The position numbers and the translations under genes were made by a program. DNA of 64,000 bases from Vicugna vicugna (Eukaryota): assembly GCA_013265495.1 (NCBI GenBank), contig MU058718.1, forward strand, positions 372,001 to 436,000. The letters are read 5' to 3'. Within the stretch, counting starts at the first letter, position 1; each line of letters opens with the position of its first letter. This document shows, in pieces, positions 22,527 to 35,339 of the stretch. The notes beneath the pieces are model-generated. The model saw only the letters and a program-made list of their open reading frames with translations. It was not told the origin of the DNA and searched no databases.

Positions 22527-25362
22527 AATTTATCATCTAAACCAGGACGCCTTTGAGAGTAGGGAGAAGAATTTCAAAATAATTAAAATTACAGTTTTTT
22601 TTAAATTATTTATTGATTGGCAAGTTATTCTGTTTCAGTAGATCTGTAACATATTTCTATTCAAAAACCATTTCAAAACATTTTTTCCTAAAAAACGTAT
22701 TTATGACATTAAAACATTTAAAAAATTTTCTTTACATTGAACATGTAGTCTAAACATCAACATAAGTAGTCATTTTTGTTATGTATTCATGTACTTTAAT
22801 CAGTTTTTTTAGCCTGTCTCTAACATGATGTTGATATTTTTCTGAAAAATATGCTTTTTTCAATATAGTCTTATTTTTGTTTTTCTTATAAAATTGGTTG
22901 CAGTCTTCTTCAGAATTTCATTTTACAGTTAATAAATTTGAAGTGAGACGTTCAGTTAATTCTTTTCTTTGAACTATAATATTTTTCAATAAGAAAATAC
23001 TCTCTTTAGGTCCTTACATACCTGGTAAGCTTAGAGCAAATCCTACTAAATGGAAGTCTCAATTTTTAAAAATTTGCCTTACCTGAAATGGATCAGTATT
23101 TCACCTTCAGCATTTTTATAGATTCTGTCTTTTCACCTGCATGTAGAGTACCCTTTTTCTATACTAAGGTCTACAGTATTTTTAAAGACAAAATTCATCA
23201 AATAAGTTCTTTCTATTTATGATTCCCTTGAATGTTTCACAAATTTTAAGCCCACTTCATGTCATTCTGGAACAGAACATAAATTTGTACAACTAAAAAG
23301 AAGAGATCTATCAAAAGATTCTTCCCAAAAGTCAAAGTATTCCAAAGAACAGTTATAGAATTTCAAAATAAAATCATTCACCATTTCACCTTTTAATGTA
23401 CAGTTTGTTCAATTCTTACTTGCTTCTGTAGAGATGAATTTCAGTATAAGTTTGCTTTCATTAATTGCATTTCACTAAAAGCTTCAAAAGCTTAAGTTGA
23501 CTGATTTGATTAAAGATTTCTAACTCATTTTGAGCAAAATGCAACCAAGATTTAGAGAATTTGCTTCCAATAATAGTAATACTACCATCATTATAAGTCA
23601 TGTATAATATTTTATAAGGTCACTCTTCAAAGACTCAAGTATTTAAAAAATCTCATTGATGATAGGCAGCAGAAAAAGTATCTTCTGCAATGCTGAAGTA
23701 TTTTTGTGTATTTAACATCAGTTTGTTAAAAAATTTTTGTTGTTCAGTTATTCTCGGTATACATAAAATTTTAAAATTTGACAACTGTGGCTTCTGTTTT
23801 GATTGGTACATTATCATAGGTCATTTGGGTACAATTGTGAGTTATAATTCCAATTCCAAGTATATTTGTGTTTCACAGATTTGTTATAATAAGAACATTG
23901 TTTTTACTACAATGGTGTACTCCAGCAAAATGTGTGTTATTAGTGTAAACATTAAGAATTTTATCTTTAGCATTGAACTTTTCAAATGGAAATAGAACTC
24001 CCAATAATGTCAGATACTTCATTTTGTATAGAATGAACTTCCAGAAGCTTTACTTTGTTTCCATGCACTGAAGGGAAAACTAAACCATTATTGGAATTAA
24101 TCTGTTTTCCTTTTTAAAACCTCTGATAACATTGATATAAAATCAGTATCATTTGACCGTGTAGAAAGGATTTTTAATTAAGGGAGACAACATATTAAAG
24201 CTATCACTTCACTTTTCATACTTGCAGTAGACAACTTAGAATAAAAAATGAACAAAATTAATTTAGAACTACTGTTACTTGTTTTAGCACTGCTCTGTCC
24301 AATAAAGAAGCCACTAAGCACATGTAACTATTTAGATTGCTTTTTAATTACTCAGCAGCCAGATGTAGAACATTTCCATCGTCTTAGAAACTTCTATCAA
24401 ACAACACTAAATTCTTATGAAAAGTCATGCTTGACAAGATGCAAACTCTGTACTGCTGCAGAAGCACCGTTTTCAGGCAGTCTCAAGATAACTACTAACT
24501 TATGAAGTAGATGCTGAGTTGCTTCACGAGTTCTGTGTCTTCTCACTTTCTTGTGGCTGGTGTTATCACTGCACCTCCCATGGTAAATGTCAATATTTTG
24601 TTCAAATTATACTTTCATTATCAACTTCTCGAGAAGCAGAAATTTAGTGTTTAATTTTTTATTAAACATGTACTTGTATTTTTTTTCCAGCTCATTGCTA
24701 CTGAAAGGGTTTTTTTTTTTTTAGCAAAATTTAGTAGCATAGCCAACAATAAAATTAATATGTAGTTAGTTTTATTCCTACAGTAAATGACAAGAACAGT
24801 GTAGGAAGAATGTCCAGACTATTCTAAAAGCTCTTGCATATATTTCTAATTAATTCTACTATTATTTCACTATAATTTCCCACTGGCATCACCAGCTGGC
24901 ACCTACTGCTTCCTACATCTCCCTTGGTGCACCAAATAGCTGGTAGGGAGGGAGATATGAACTACTTCTCCCATCACCACTGGAGACTAAAAGAAATTGT
25001 TCTTTCTGGGGGCTCATGTCTAACTTCACTTTGTTTTTTACCAGTGAACACCTGTTGTCCTTGAAAGGCAGTGTTATGTTACATCAAGAAAGGATTGGAA
25101 GGGGAAGTTGGGTTATCGCTAGTTATCTTTCAGACTTACCTACACATTAAAGTGAGAGCTCTGTTCATTACACAGCTTACACTACTAAACGAGATCATGG
25201 CAGGAACTGGAAGTGCAAGGAAGAGGTCTGTCAAGCCCACCCAACAAATTTTGATGCAACTAATACTAGTATGTTTTAAAGTGAAACTTAGGACAAATGC
25301 TAAACCAGCCAGATGCATAGATCAGGAATGTCCTGGGCAAACTGAGACTTATGATCCTCTTA
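22527..25362 (-). mobile_element. Near full-length hAT (Blackjack/MER81-type) DNA transposon fossil
   Basis: Both ends resemble MER81 termini (aatttatcatctaaaccaggacgcctttgagagt; gtcctgggcaaactgagacttatgatcctctta). A decayed hAT dimerisation motif (FALSLPG...RVFS) lies on the minus strand at about 22915-23060. Confidence 0.7.
24287..24410. mobile_element. MER3/MER33-like non-autonomous hAT nested in the Blackjack-like element
   Basis: gcactgctctgtccaata...agccactaagcacatgt...ttctatcaaacaacact termini. Confidence 0.55.
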
Positions 25363-25811
25363 TTTTCTTATAGAATGGAGTCTAAGTTTCTTATTCTGGA
25401 GTTAAAGTCATTTTAAATAGGATAACCTCAGTCTGCTCCCCCCCCCCTCAATTTCTGAGACTTTCTGCTCCAGGCAAACTCCTCTGTGCTTTTAACTTCA
25501 TATTTTGGGTCATGTAGTTTTGTCTGTTTGAAACTGTCCCTTTTCACAATATTAGCATATCCAATCTTAACTGTCCTTTGACTTCCCAATGTAAATACCA
25601 CTTTTGTATAAAATTTTATACCAAGGAAAAACTGTAAAGAACATAAACTCACCTTTCATTTTGCCAAATAAGAGCTTAACAGTCCTTGTTATTGAGATTT
25701 ATGTATGTCAAATAAGATAACATGTTGGCTAGTATCTTCATTTTTTTAAAAAAGAGATAAACAAGCATCCCCCCCAAAAAAATTAATAGACCTAAAACTG
25801 GGTGACTTTTT

Positions 25812-26982
25812 TTTTTTAATTGAAGTATAGCCAGTTACAATGTGTCAGTTTCTGGTGTACAGCATAATGTCCCAGTCATGCGTATACATACCTATACTCA
25901 TTTTCATTAAAGATTATTACAAGACATTGAATATAGTTCCCTGTGCTATACAGAAGAAAAATTTTTAAGTCTACTTTTATATATAGTGGCTAACATTTGC
26001 AAATCTCAAACTTCCAAATTTATCCCTTCCCACCCCCTTTCCCTCAGTAACCATAAGATTGTTTACTAGGTCTGAGAGTCTGTTTCTGTTTTGTAGATGA
26101 GCTCATTAGTGTCCTCTTTTTTCTTTTTTTAGATTCCACATATGAGTGATATATGGTATTTTTCTTTCTCTTTCTGGCTTACTTCATTTAGAATGATGAT
26201 CTCCAGGACCTTCCATGTGCTACAAATGGCATTATTTTATTCTTTTTTATGGCTTAGTAGTATTCCACTGTATATATATACCATGGCTTCTTTATCCAGT
26301 CATCTGTTGATGGACATTTAGGTTGCTTCCATGTCTTAACTATTGTTTATAGTGCTGCTGTGGACATTGGGGTGCATGTATCTTTTCAAATTAGACTTCC
26401 CTCTGGATATGTGCCCAAGAGTAGGAATGCTGGATCATGTGGTAAGTCTGTTTTTAGTTTTTTGAGGAATCTCCATACTGTTTTCCTTAATGGCTTCACT
26501 AAACTACATTCTCACCAGCAATGTAGGAGGGTTCCCTTTTCTCCACACCCTCTCCAGCATTTATCACTTTTTAATGATGGCCATTCTGACTGGTGTGAGG
26601 TGATACCTCATTGTAGTTTTGATTTGCATTTCTCTGATAATTAGTGATATTGAGCATTTTTTCATGTGCCTATTGGCCATTTGTATGTCTTCATTGGAGA
26701 ATTGCTTGCTTAGGCCTTCTGCCCATTTTTGGATTAGGTTTTTTTTTGTTGTTGTTATTAAGTTGTATGAGCTGTTTATATATTCAAGAAATTAAGCTTT
26801 TGTCAGTCGTATCATTTGGAAATATTTTTTCCCATTTTGTAGGTTGTCTTGTTTTGCTTATGGTTTCCTTTGCTGTGCTAAAGCTTATAAGTTTAATTAG
26901 GTCTCATTTGTTTATTTTTGCTTTTATTTCTATTGCCTGGGTTGACTGCCCTAGGAGAACATTGCTAAGATTTATGTCAGAG
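25812..26982 (-). mobile_element. Young L1 (3'UTR + end of ORF2), antisense to WDHD1
   Basis: Poly-T at left; L1 ORF2 3' sequence; TSD AA(C/T)TGGGTGACTTTTT at 25796-25811 and 26983-26998. Confidence 0.92.
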
Positions 26983-27020
26983 AATTGGGTGACTTTTTAA
27001 TGAGTATGTTTCCTTCACAG

Positions 27021-27132
27021 TTGTATTGTGACTTGTGGAAGTGATGGTGATGTGAGGATTTGGGAAGACTTGGATGACGATGATCCTAAGTCCATTAATG
27101 TTGGAGAAAAGGCATATTCATGTGCTTTGAAG
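27021..27132 (+). CDS. WDHD1: WDHD1 coding exon (CIVTCGSDGDVRIWEDLDDDDPKSINVGEKAYSCALK)
   Basis: cacag| ... AAG|gtatta; WD40 repeat; frame-consistent. Confidence 0.95.
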
Positions 27133-27991
27133 GTATTAAAACAATTACAGAAACTGATATGAAATGATACTGACATGTGATGTTTTATGTTTGGATAAAA
27201 ATTTTTGTAGAAGTTTTGAATATAGATGTACCTTTTTGTTTCTCTTATGAAATAATAATATTTAAAAGTGTGTGTATAATAATGCCATAACTTGCCCCAA
27301 AATTTTACAGGTAAAATCTGAATGGTTTATTAAAGGTGATTGATGAATAGTAATGGTGAGCCAATTAAGATATATGCAAGAAATTATACTTTATCTTTGT
27401 ACTTCATCTTTTAAGAAAGAGGTTTAAATATTCTGTTTTTTCCTTTTGAGAGAAAACTGCATTTTAGATCTTCAGCTCATTAATTCAGATAACTTGAGGG
27501 ATTGTACTAGAAAATAGGACTGTTTCATTAACTTTTTCAGAAAGCTATATACATATTTCGAATGTCTAAAGTTTTATGTAAGGTAAATATGGGAATAAGA
27601 TGTAGGTTACTTGGAGAATAGAGACCTGTTTTCAGAAGGACTTCATAAACTGAGTACCTAAAAACCATTAAGCTTTTTATTTGTGGTAAGTTTTAAATTG
27701 AGTGTATTGTATTTGGATAGAAAAAAATCTCTACAGAATTCATGTTTTCTCCAAACTCAGATTCATTAAGGTGGATGAGATGGTCTTTAGATACTTCAGA
27801 TATTCTTTTTAAAATGGTCATATAATGGAAAGTGTAGCCCCACAAGAAAAAATATAAATGACCAATGTACGTTAAATATGAGCTAAATCTCACTAGTAAG
27901 CAAAGAAATGCAAATTAAACAATTGGAGATTGGCAATAATGAAAAATATTGCTAATCCTGGTAATAGTGAGGGCTTGGAGAAGTACATATT

Positions 27992-28880
27992 TGTAAAGGA
28001 GACACTCTCCTCCTGTGTTTCTCCTTTACTCTCATACTACTGCCATACTCACAACACTTCTGACACCAGGTGTGTGTTTTTTTGGCGCACCAAGCAATTC
28101 TCCGCACCACCAGCTGGGTGTCCTACTATTCAATTCAATTCTGACATTAACTGGAGTTAACGCAGACCCCGCAGGTTAAGGTCTCAGTTCCACTAGACTG
28201 TTTCCCACTTCAGGCACCAGTTGCAAGTAGGAGGTCCCCAGATTACCCACAACTTCTTTCCAGCTTGGCTACAGATGGGGATTCCCGTGACCCCCTTCTT
28301 GGCTAAGTTCATTTGCTAGAACATTTCACAGAACTCAAGGAAATATGTTTTTCAGTGTATTGTATAATAAAGGATAAATAAAGGATACGAAGGAATAGGC
28401 AGATGAAGAGATACATGGGGTGAAGTCTGGAAGGGTCTTCTTTCCCTCTGGAGTTGGGATGGGCCACCAACCTAGAAGCTACTTGAACCCCATACTATTA
28501 GAATTATTATGGAGGCTTAATCACATGGGCATGATTGATTATTAACTCCGTTTCCAACCCTCTCCCCTTCCTGGATGATGGGGGTGGGTGAGACTGAAAG
28601 TTCTAAGCTTCTAATCATGATTTGATCTTTCTGGTGACCAGCCCCCATCCTGAAGCTATCCAGGAGCCCACCAAGATGCACCTCATTAGAACAAAAGATA
28701 CCCCTATCACCCAGGAAGTTCCAAGGGATTTAGGAGCTTTGTGTCAGAAATCAGAGTCAAAGACCGAATATTAGAACAAAAGATGCTACTAGTGCTCTTA
28801 TCACTTAGGACATTACAAGAGTTATATAGGAGCTCTGTGCCAGGAAATGAGGTCTGAGACCAGTGTATTTCTGTTTCACA
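27992..28880. mobile_element. MER21-like LTR interrupting an old L1
   Basis: TG...CA ends; MER21-like motifs caacacttctgacacca, ccagctgggtgtcct, caattcaattctgaca, cctcattagaacaaaaga. Confidence 0.75.
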
Positions 28881-29477
28881 GTGTAATCATACAACAGTTG
28901 CTGGAAATATAGTTCATCAAACTTTTCTGGGGTAAATTGATACTGTGTGTCACAACTAGAATTTCATATGCTAACACATAGTCATTTCTGGCTGTTTACC
29001 TTAAGGAAATATGTGTTTTCATTTGTGCAGACAAGGATATTAGTAAAACCACTGTCTATAATAGAAATTAGAAACAATTGAACTGAGTTGAATAGAGAAT
29101 TCATTTTATAAATTTTGGTAGTCATATAGTGTAATATGATGCAGCCATTTAAAAAATGGGGGAGTGCTACACATCTTCATTTGAAAAGATGATTACAGTT
29201 AATTGAAAAAATTAAAAAGTAGAGTTACAGAACAATCTGTTATAGTATAGTCTTATGTTTGTTAAAGGGTATAGGTACACATATATTTGCAATTTCTGTA
29301 TATATAGAAGAAAGTTAAAAAGACTCAACCCCAAAATGTTAATGGAAGTTACCTAGCAAGAGTAGGGAAACTCATTCTCTGCTCAGGACACTTTCACATT
29401 GTTATTTTTTTTCCTACAGTAAGTATATACTGCTTTTGTGTATGACAAAGACTGTGAAAGAAAAAATGAAAGTGGTT

Positions 29478-30827
29478 TTATAGTAGTTTCCTAAGGCTAT
29501 GGTAACAAATTGTCACAAATTTGGTGGCTTAAAACAACAGAAAATTATTATATCACAGTTTAAAAGACAGGAGGTCTGAAATCTAGGTATTGGCTGACAC
29601 TGGAAAATGGGGTGCAAGAAGATGGTGGTGTCCCAGGTTTTGGGTGCCTCCCTCTGGGATGTGCCCTGCCAAGTGAGTGTCCCTGTCTTCTTGCAGGAAA
29701 GAATTCAAGAGCAAGCCACAGCTGAGTAAAAGTAGATTTGTTCAGAGAGATGCACACTTCGTACACAGGGTGTAGGCCATCTTAGAAAGCCAGAGAGGCC
29801 ACGAGGCGTGGTGGGTATTTCGTTTAGAGTAAAAGTAGATACACACACCAGAGAGAGAGTGCAGGTGAGAGAGAGCAAGAGAGGCTTAAGAGATACACAT
29901 TCCATAGGCAGAATGCAGGTCATCTTGAGAGGTAAGAGGCAGCCCCAGAGCACAGGATCATCTAGCAAAATGAGATTGGCAAGGAGGTGTGAGGGTAGTT
30001 AAAGTAAAAGTAGACACACACTCCGTAGACAGTGTGGGCTAGTCTCACAAGGTAAGAAAGAGTGAGAGGCTTAGGAGATACACATTCCATAGGCAGAATG
30101 CAGATAATCTAGAGAGGCGAGAGGCAGCCTCAGATCATGGGGTCCTATAGGAAAGTGAGGTCAGCCACAGGTTGTGGCGGATGGTTAGTTTTTATGGGCT
30201 CAGTAATTTCATGTGCTAACAAGTAGGAGGATTACTCCAACTACTTTGGGGAAGGGGCGAGAATTTCCAGGAATTGAGCTACCACCCACATTTTGACCTT
30301 TTATGGTGAGCCTTGAAATTGTCTTGGCACCTGTGGATGTGTCATTTAGCATGCTAATGTATTACAGTGAGTGTATGAGGAAGCTCATGATCTACTGGAA
30401 GTCAAATCTCCTGCTGTCTTGGGCCTTAAGGTCTACTGGCAGTCGCATCTTCAATTGCTGTGTCATTCCTTTAATGGCTCTGCCCCTGTCCCCTTCCCTC
30501 CTGTCTCCTGGCAAGGTTAACTCCTGAGTCTCTGGGGGAGAATCTGTTCCATGCCGTTCTCCTAGCTTCTGATGGTCTCCAGTAATCCTCGTTGTTCCTT
30601 GTCTTGGAGAAACATCACCCTTATCTCTGCCTCCATTTTTACATCACCTTTGTGTCTTTGCATCTCAATTTCCCTCTCCTTTTTCTTGTAAGGACACCAG
30701 TTATTGGATTTAGATTCTTAACTTACCACATCAGCAAAGACGTTATTTTTGAAAAAGGTCACATTCACACGTACCTTGGCTTAAGATTTACACATGCCTT
30801 TTGGGGGCTACTATTCAACCCACTGCA
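29478..30827. mobile_element. MLT1 (MaLR) LTR split by a younger LTR
   Basis: ggtggcttaaaacaacagaa...ctgaaatc (left part) continues as ggagaatctgttccatgcc...ctattcaacccactgca (right part). Confidence 0.8.
29595..30508 (-). mobile_element. ERV1-like solo LTR with internal repeats
   Basis: 4-bp TSD TGGC (29591-29594, 30509-30512), TG start, interrupts the MLT1; ggaaagaattcaagagcaagcca motif. Confidence 0.75.
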
Positions 30828-32825
30828 AATCCATGATCAGCGCTAAAATGCTTTCTTTGGCTTTAAGAATGGAGTTTACGGTACTTCAATGAAATGACAT
30901 TACCAAATAGCCATGCAAAGTTGATAATTTGACAGTGTATTTCATTTAAAGCATAATTGCTTGTAAACATGTACTTTATGTTTTTGGATTCAGCAGTATA
31001 GGAAAGTACAATTAGATGCTTTATTTGAGAACAAAGCAGAAAAAAAATCACCCTCCAAAATAGTGAGATTGGGATGTATTGACATATTGCTGGATAGTAA
31101 TAGTTGAGGCTTGCATGGTATTTTACATTGTCAGGGACTTTTAACAAAGATAAGGAGGAGTACATGAAATTCTCTCCATTTTATTCTTGGGAAAATCAAA
31201 GCTCAGAAGAAAGTCAAACGACATAGTAAGGAGTACGGTGGGCTGGAGCCCAAGTCATCTTGTGTTGGGTTCCATTGCTCCCAACCCACCAGGGAGAAGA
31301 GTAGTCTGACCAGTTCTGAACCACAGCCCTGATCCTTTGGATGATTTCTTTTTTAAAAATGTTTCCTAGTTGGCATGGTATACCGATAGTGATTTGATTT
31401 CTTTGTAGATTTGTTGGAAAATGACTTCAAAGCAAGGTCTTTAAGTCTCCCAGGTGAATTAGTGCAGTTATATATTTTTACATTTTTACATGAATAAAGG
31501 GCTAGTTAACATTTTATTAAAGAATTACCAAGATTCTTTACTAGAGTTAACTGAAGATGCTTAGTCAATATTCTGCTAAGGAATCTGCCAAGTAAAACAC
31601 AGCTGGGGTGTAAAATTCTTTTCTATGCACATACGTAAATAGTTCGGTGTTTCTGCAGTTTTGCCAAAGAACTCTTAGCATCATCAGTGTTGTCTTGAGT
31701 TGGTTATAGTTTTTTTGTTGATTCTCTTCTTGTTTTCACATTTAAATTGTTGGTAGCTTAGCTTCATTATGAGTTTAGTTTACTGTGGATTGTTTAATTA
31801 CATACAGTAGTTGCAATGCAGGCATAAATAGTATTTTTCACCAGTTTTCCAATAATTGAATTTGGAGGTAAGTTTATATCACAGTTCAAATTTGAATCAA
31901 CTGTATTGTTATCTGAACAGATGTATACATCTCCCTGGATTTTAGCGTATGGTAGCATGTCATTGTATTACCAAGTTCTTTTCCCTTTAGAATAGGAGCA
32001 GATGTTGTAGATGGGCTGAGGGTACTAAGTGTGCAAATATGGCTAGGACCTGTTGCTATAGGATAAAGTGTGTTCATTAACAAACTTGAGCAGTTTGTTT
32101 CTTTTTAGCAGTTATCATTTAATCTAAATTAACAAACTGATCATATGATTTATCAAATTGTGTATCAAGTTGGTAGACTATGATTTAGTCTGTCAGGACT
32201 TAATACCTCCTGGATAAACAATAAAATTAAGGTGCTAGGGCAGATCCTTGAATTAAATGATTCTTTGTGAAAAGCTCTGCAAAACAACGGTGTCTGCACA
32301 TCATTTTCAGATTCTAAAACTTTCTATTTATTTGGTGTTTTTAAAAAGGAGCCATGGATTCTGCATTTAGACTTAACCCTACTCCAGAAAGACATTTAAT
32401 GATTTTTTTGTGGAAACGTAGGGCAACACTAATAGTGTGGCCAAATTGTGCTCTTCCCTCAATGAGACTAGTTATGTTTTTTCTGAAAAGCTGTCCTTTG
32501 TCTCCTTTTTTATGACATTTGAGAATCCATAAAAATACTACTTAAGTATTTTTCTTGCCAGAAATACTAGAAAAATCGAAAATTAAAAGTTCGGCTGATG
32601 AAGGGAGAATTAAATTTTATAAAAGAAGTAAATAAATTTGTCTTGCTAGTAGTCATTTCAGGAAAGTTGTGCACTGAGTGACAGTTTTTCTCTTGACATG
32701 AACTACTGTTACAAATTTTTAGAAAATTTTTATGGAATTTTTAACTATGGAGAGACTCCCAATTGATTTTATTTTATTATTATTATTATTTTTTTTGCCA
32801 ATGTTTCTTTTTATTTTTCTTTCAG

Positions 32826-32977
32826 AATGGGAAATTGGTTACTGCAGTATCTAACAATACTATTCAGGTGCACACATTTCCTGAAGGAGTTCCAGATGGT
32901 ATCTTGACTCGCTTCACCACAAATGCAAACCATGTGATCTTTAATGGGGATGGTACAAAAATTGCTGCTGGATCTAG
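32826..32977 (+). CDS. WDHD1: WDHD1 coding exon (NGKLVTAVSNNTIQ...KIAAGS)
   Basis: ttcag| ... AG|gtaagg; lies within ORF 32763-32981. Confidence 0.95.
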
Positions 32978-33657
32978 GTAAGGCTCTTTGATATCAGAAA
33001 AGGAAATAGTGTTAAAATAGAATGGCCTCATTCATTGGATTCATAGTAACGTTTTCAGGACTCTGTTTCTTCTTTTTGTTATTATTTAGTTTTTATGTTT
33101 AGGTTTTTTTTCTGGTAAAGATTTTTGGTTACAAACTCGTGCTTCTTTATAAATTGAGGTGTGTTGCTTTGCCAACAGCCTGTTTAGTAAATGCTGGAAA
33201 AGACTGGGGAAAGATGATAGCTGAATAAATTTTAAAAATCATTTTAGGTAGAGCCAAGACTTACAATTAGGATTTTTGTTGTTTCTCTTGATGCTTTGTC
33301 ATAGGGGGAAAAAGGTAATACTTGGTGAGTTGCTAAGTTGGAATAAAAGACATAGTGCTTTTAAAAATGGTTGTGACTGTAATTAGATTAGTAAATAATA
33401 GAAGATTAAGGTGTAACTAAGGAAGTCACTTCCTAGAAGTATTTGTATTTTAACATATGAGAACTATTGAATTATGTTTTTAGCATTTTTATAGAGCAAA
33501 ACTGAAGGGTAAGTTATTAAATTTGAGGGCCAAATTTCACAAGTTGCTGTAAAGAAATTATAGCATTTACTCTTATGATTTTGAAATATTTGGGTCATAG
33601 CTTTGAGAGGCTTTTGTATTAGCATTTATTGATGTACATTACTCTTCGTGTTCTTAG

Positions 33658-33769
33658 TGATTTTCTAGTCAAAGTTGTGGATGTGATGGATTGCAGCCAA
33701 CAGAAAATGTTTCGAGGACATGATGCCCCTGTTTTAAGTCTTTCCTTTGATCCTAAGGACATCTTTCTG
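33658..33769 (+). CDS. WDHD1: WDHD1 coding exon (DFLVKVVDVMDCSQQKMFRGHDAPVLSLSFDPKDIFL)
   Basis: cttag| ... CTG|gtaatc; GH dipeptide of a WD40 repeat. Confidence 0.95.
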
Positions 33770-33945
33770 GTAATCGTTTTTCCCCCTCTCTTTTTTCATT
33801 TTTTGTGAATATGTTGAAAACTGTAAGAGAATTAACAGAAAATTTCACACAGTTGATAAAAGGCTCTTTGATTTACCAGTTGAACCAGTTTCCATGTAGT
33901 ATTATGGCTGTAACTATAGAGAAATCTGTTGTTTTATTCCTGCAG

Positions 33946-33996
33946 GCATCAGCTAGTTGTGATGGATCTGTCAAAGTGTGGCAAATTTCAGATCAG
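33946..33996 (+). CDS. WDHD1: WDHD1 coding exon (ASASCDGSVKVWQISDQ)
   Basis: tgcag| ... CAG|gtaaac. Confidence 0.95.
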
Positions 33997-34957
33997 GTAA
34001 ACTCATCAATTTGAATTGAAAACTTTTTACTCACTTCCATCATATATTAGGTGCTACATATTGGACTAAATAATTCTTTTTCTTCATAGTCTATTTCTTT
34101 TGAGTAGCATTAAGTACTGTTTTTATGATCAAATTCACAATAATCTAGTGCAAAAGTAAATGTGTTGAAGACTAGTTGATTGATTTTGTACCCAATCACA
34201 AAGGAAATTATAGATTTGTATTTCATTTTTAGGTTTTATAAGTCAGTGAGGGAAATCCAGTCATTATACATTTACAAACTAATTACTATTTGTTGGGCCC
34301 TAGATGTTGGGGATAAAAAATAAGGCATGGGCCACACTTGATTTGGAGAGTCACATATGTTATTCTAACCCAGCCTGAAAATACTTTTAAAGGAGGTATG
34401 AAGAAAATGCTTTCTGAATTGGCAGAGGGAACAATTAATTCTTCCTGAGGCAATCAATTGGAGAAGGCTTGACATTTCTAGGGATGACGTGGCTGATGAG
34501 AAAAACATCCCCCTCAGAAAGCCTCAGCTAGTAGCCACAATTCCTTCCCTTACATTTGAACTATTTAAAAGGTTTAACTTTTACACCTTAACATTTTAGT
34601 AGATCTCTCAAGTTCATTTTCATAGGTACTTTAAGATTGTAACATATTGGGATTTTTTAAATTTGTTTATATATGTTTATTCAGTTAGTATATTATTTGC
34701 TTATTCTATATAGGAAAAACTCTTATTTGAAATAATTGTTTAAGACTTGTGCTCTGTAACTCTGAAAGTTATAAAGTAATTTAGGTAAGTCAAATTTATT
34801 ATCATAATTAGATTAAAGTGAATTAAGTTGCTTTTTTCTGAGCTATATGAGTCAGTTTGAAGAAACCACTTATTAAATGTATTCAGTGCTGCTTGTCTTT
34901 TGGGGAGAATTTTCATAAAGGGAAATACATTTTCTTGTTCTTTTTTAAAAAAATGAG

Positions 34958-35053
34958 ACATGTGCTGTTAGTTGGCCACTGCTACAAAAATGCAACGATG
35001 TGATAAATGCAAAATCAATCTGCAGACTTGCCTGGCAGCCAAGAAGTGGAAAG
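34958..35053 (+). CDS. WDHD1: WDHD1 coding exon (TCAVSWPLLQKCNDVINAKSICRLAWQPRSGK)
   Basis: Translation continues WDHD1; atypical acceptor aaaaatgag|, donor AAG|gtgagt. Confidence 0.9.
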
Positions 35054-35339
35054 GTGAGTAAGCCTTATTTTTCAACCTTTGCTTTAATTATTTGTTCCAG
35101 TCCTTGTCATCTTTGAATGTAAGAATAATTTTTTGAATTGTAACTATTTTATTACATTGTAAATTTTAGAGCTCCAAGCCAATTAATTAATATTGAAATG
35201 CTTTAAGAAACATTTAAACTTTTTAAAGATTCTTTTTTGAAGAGTGTATTTTGCGTGAATGAGTTGATTTTATATTCTTCTTTACGTTCATGTTTAATGT
35301 AACAACTTGGGAAATAGTCTTGTTAAGCCAACTCTTCCT

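Noticed and set aside
26360..27000. ORFs of 94 and 118 aa (and similar at 38362, 42045, 57277-57810, 58412-58897)
   Set aside because: Sense or antisense translations of L1 remnants, not host genes.
29725..30190. CRISPR-like repeat-spacer array
   Set aside because: Eukaryotic context, irregular spacing, related 'spacers' and no cas genes; explained as LTR-internal repeats.
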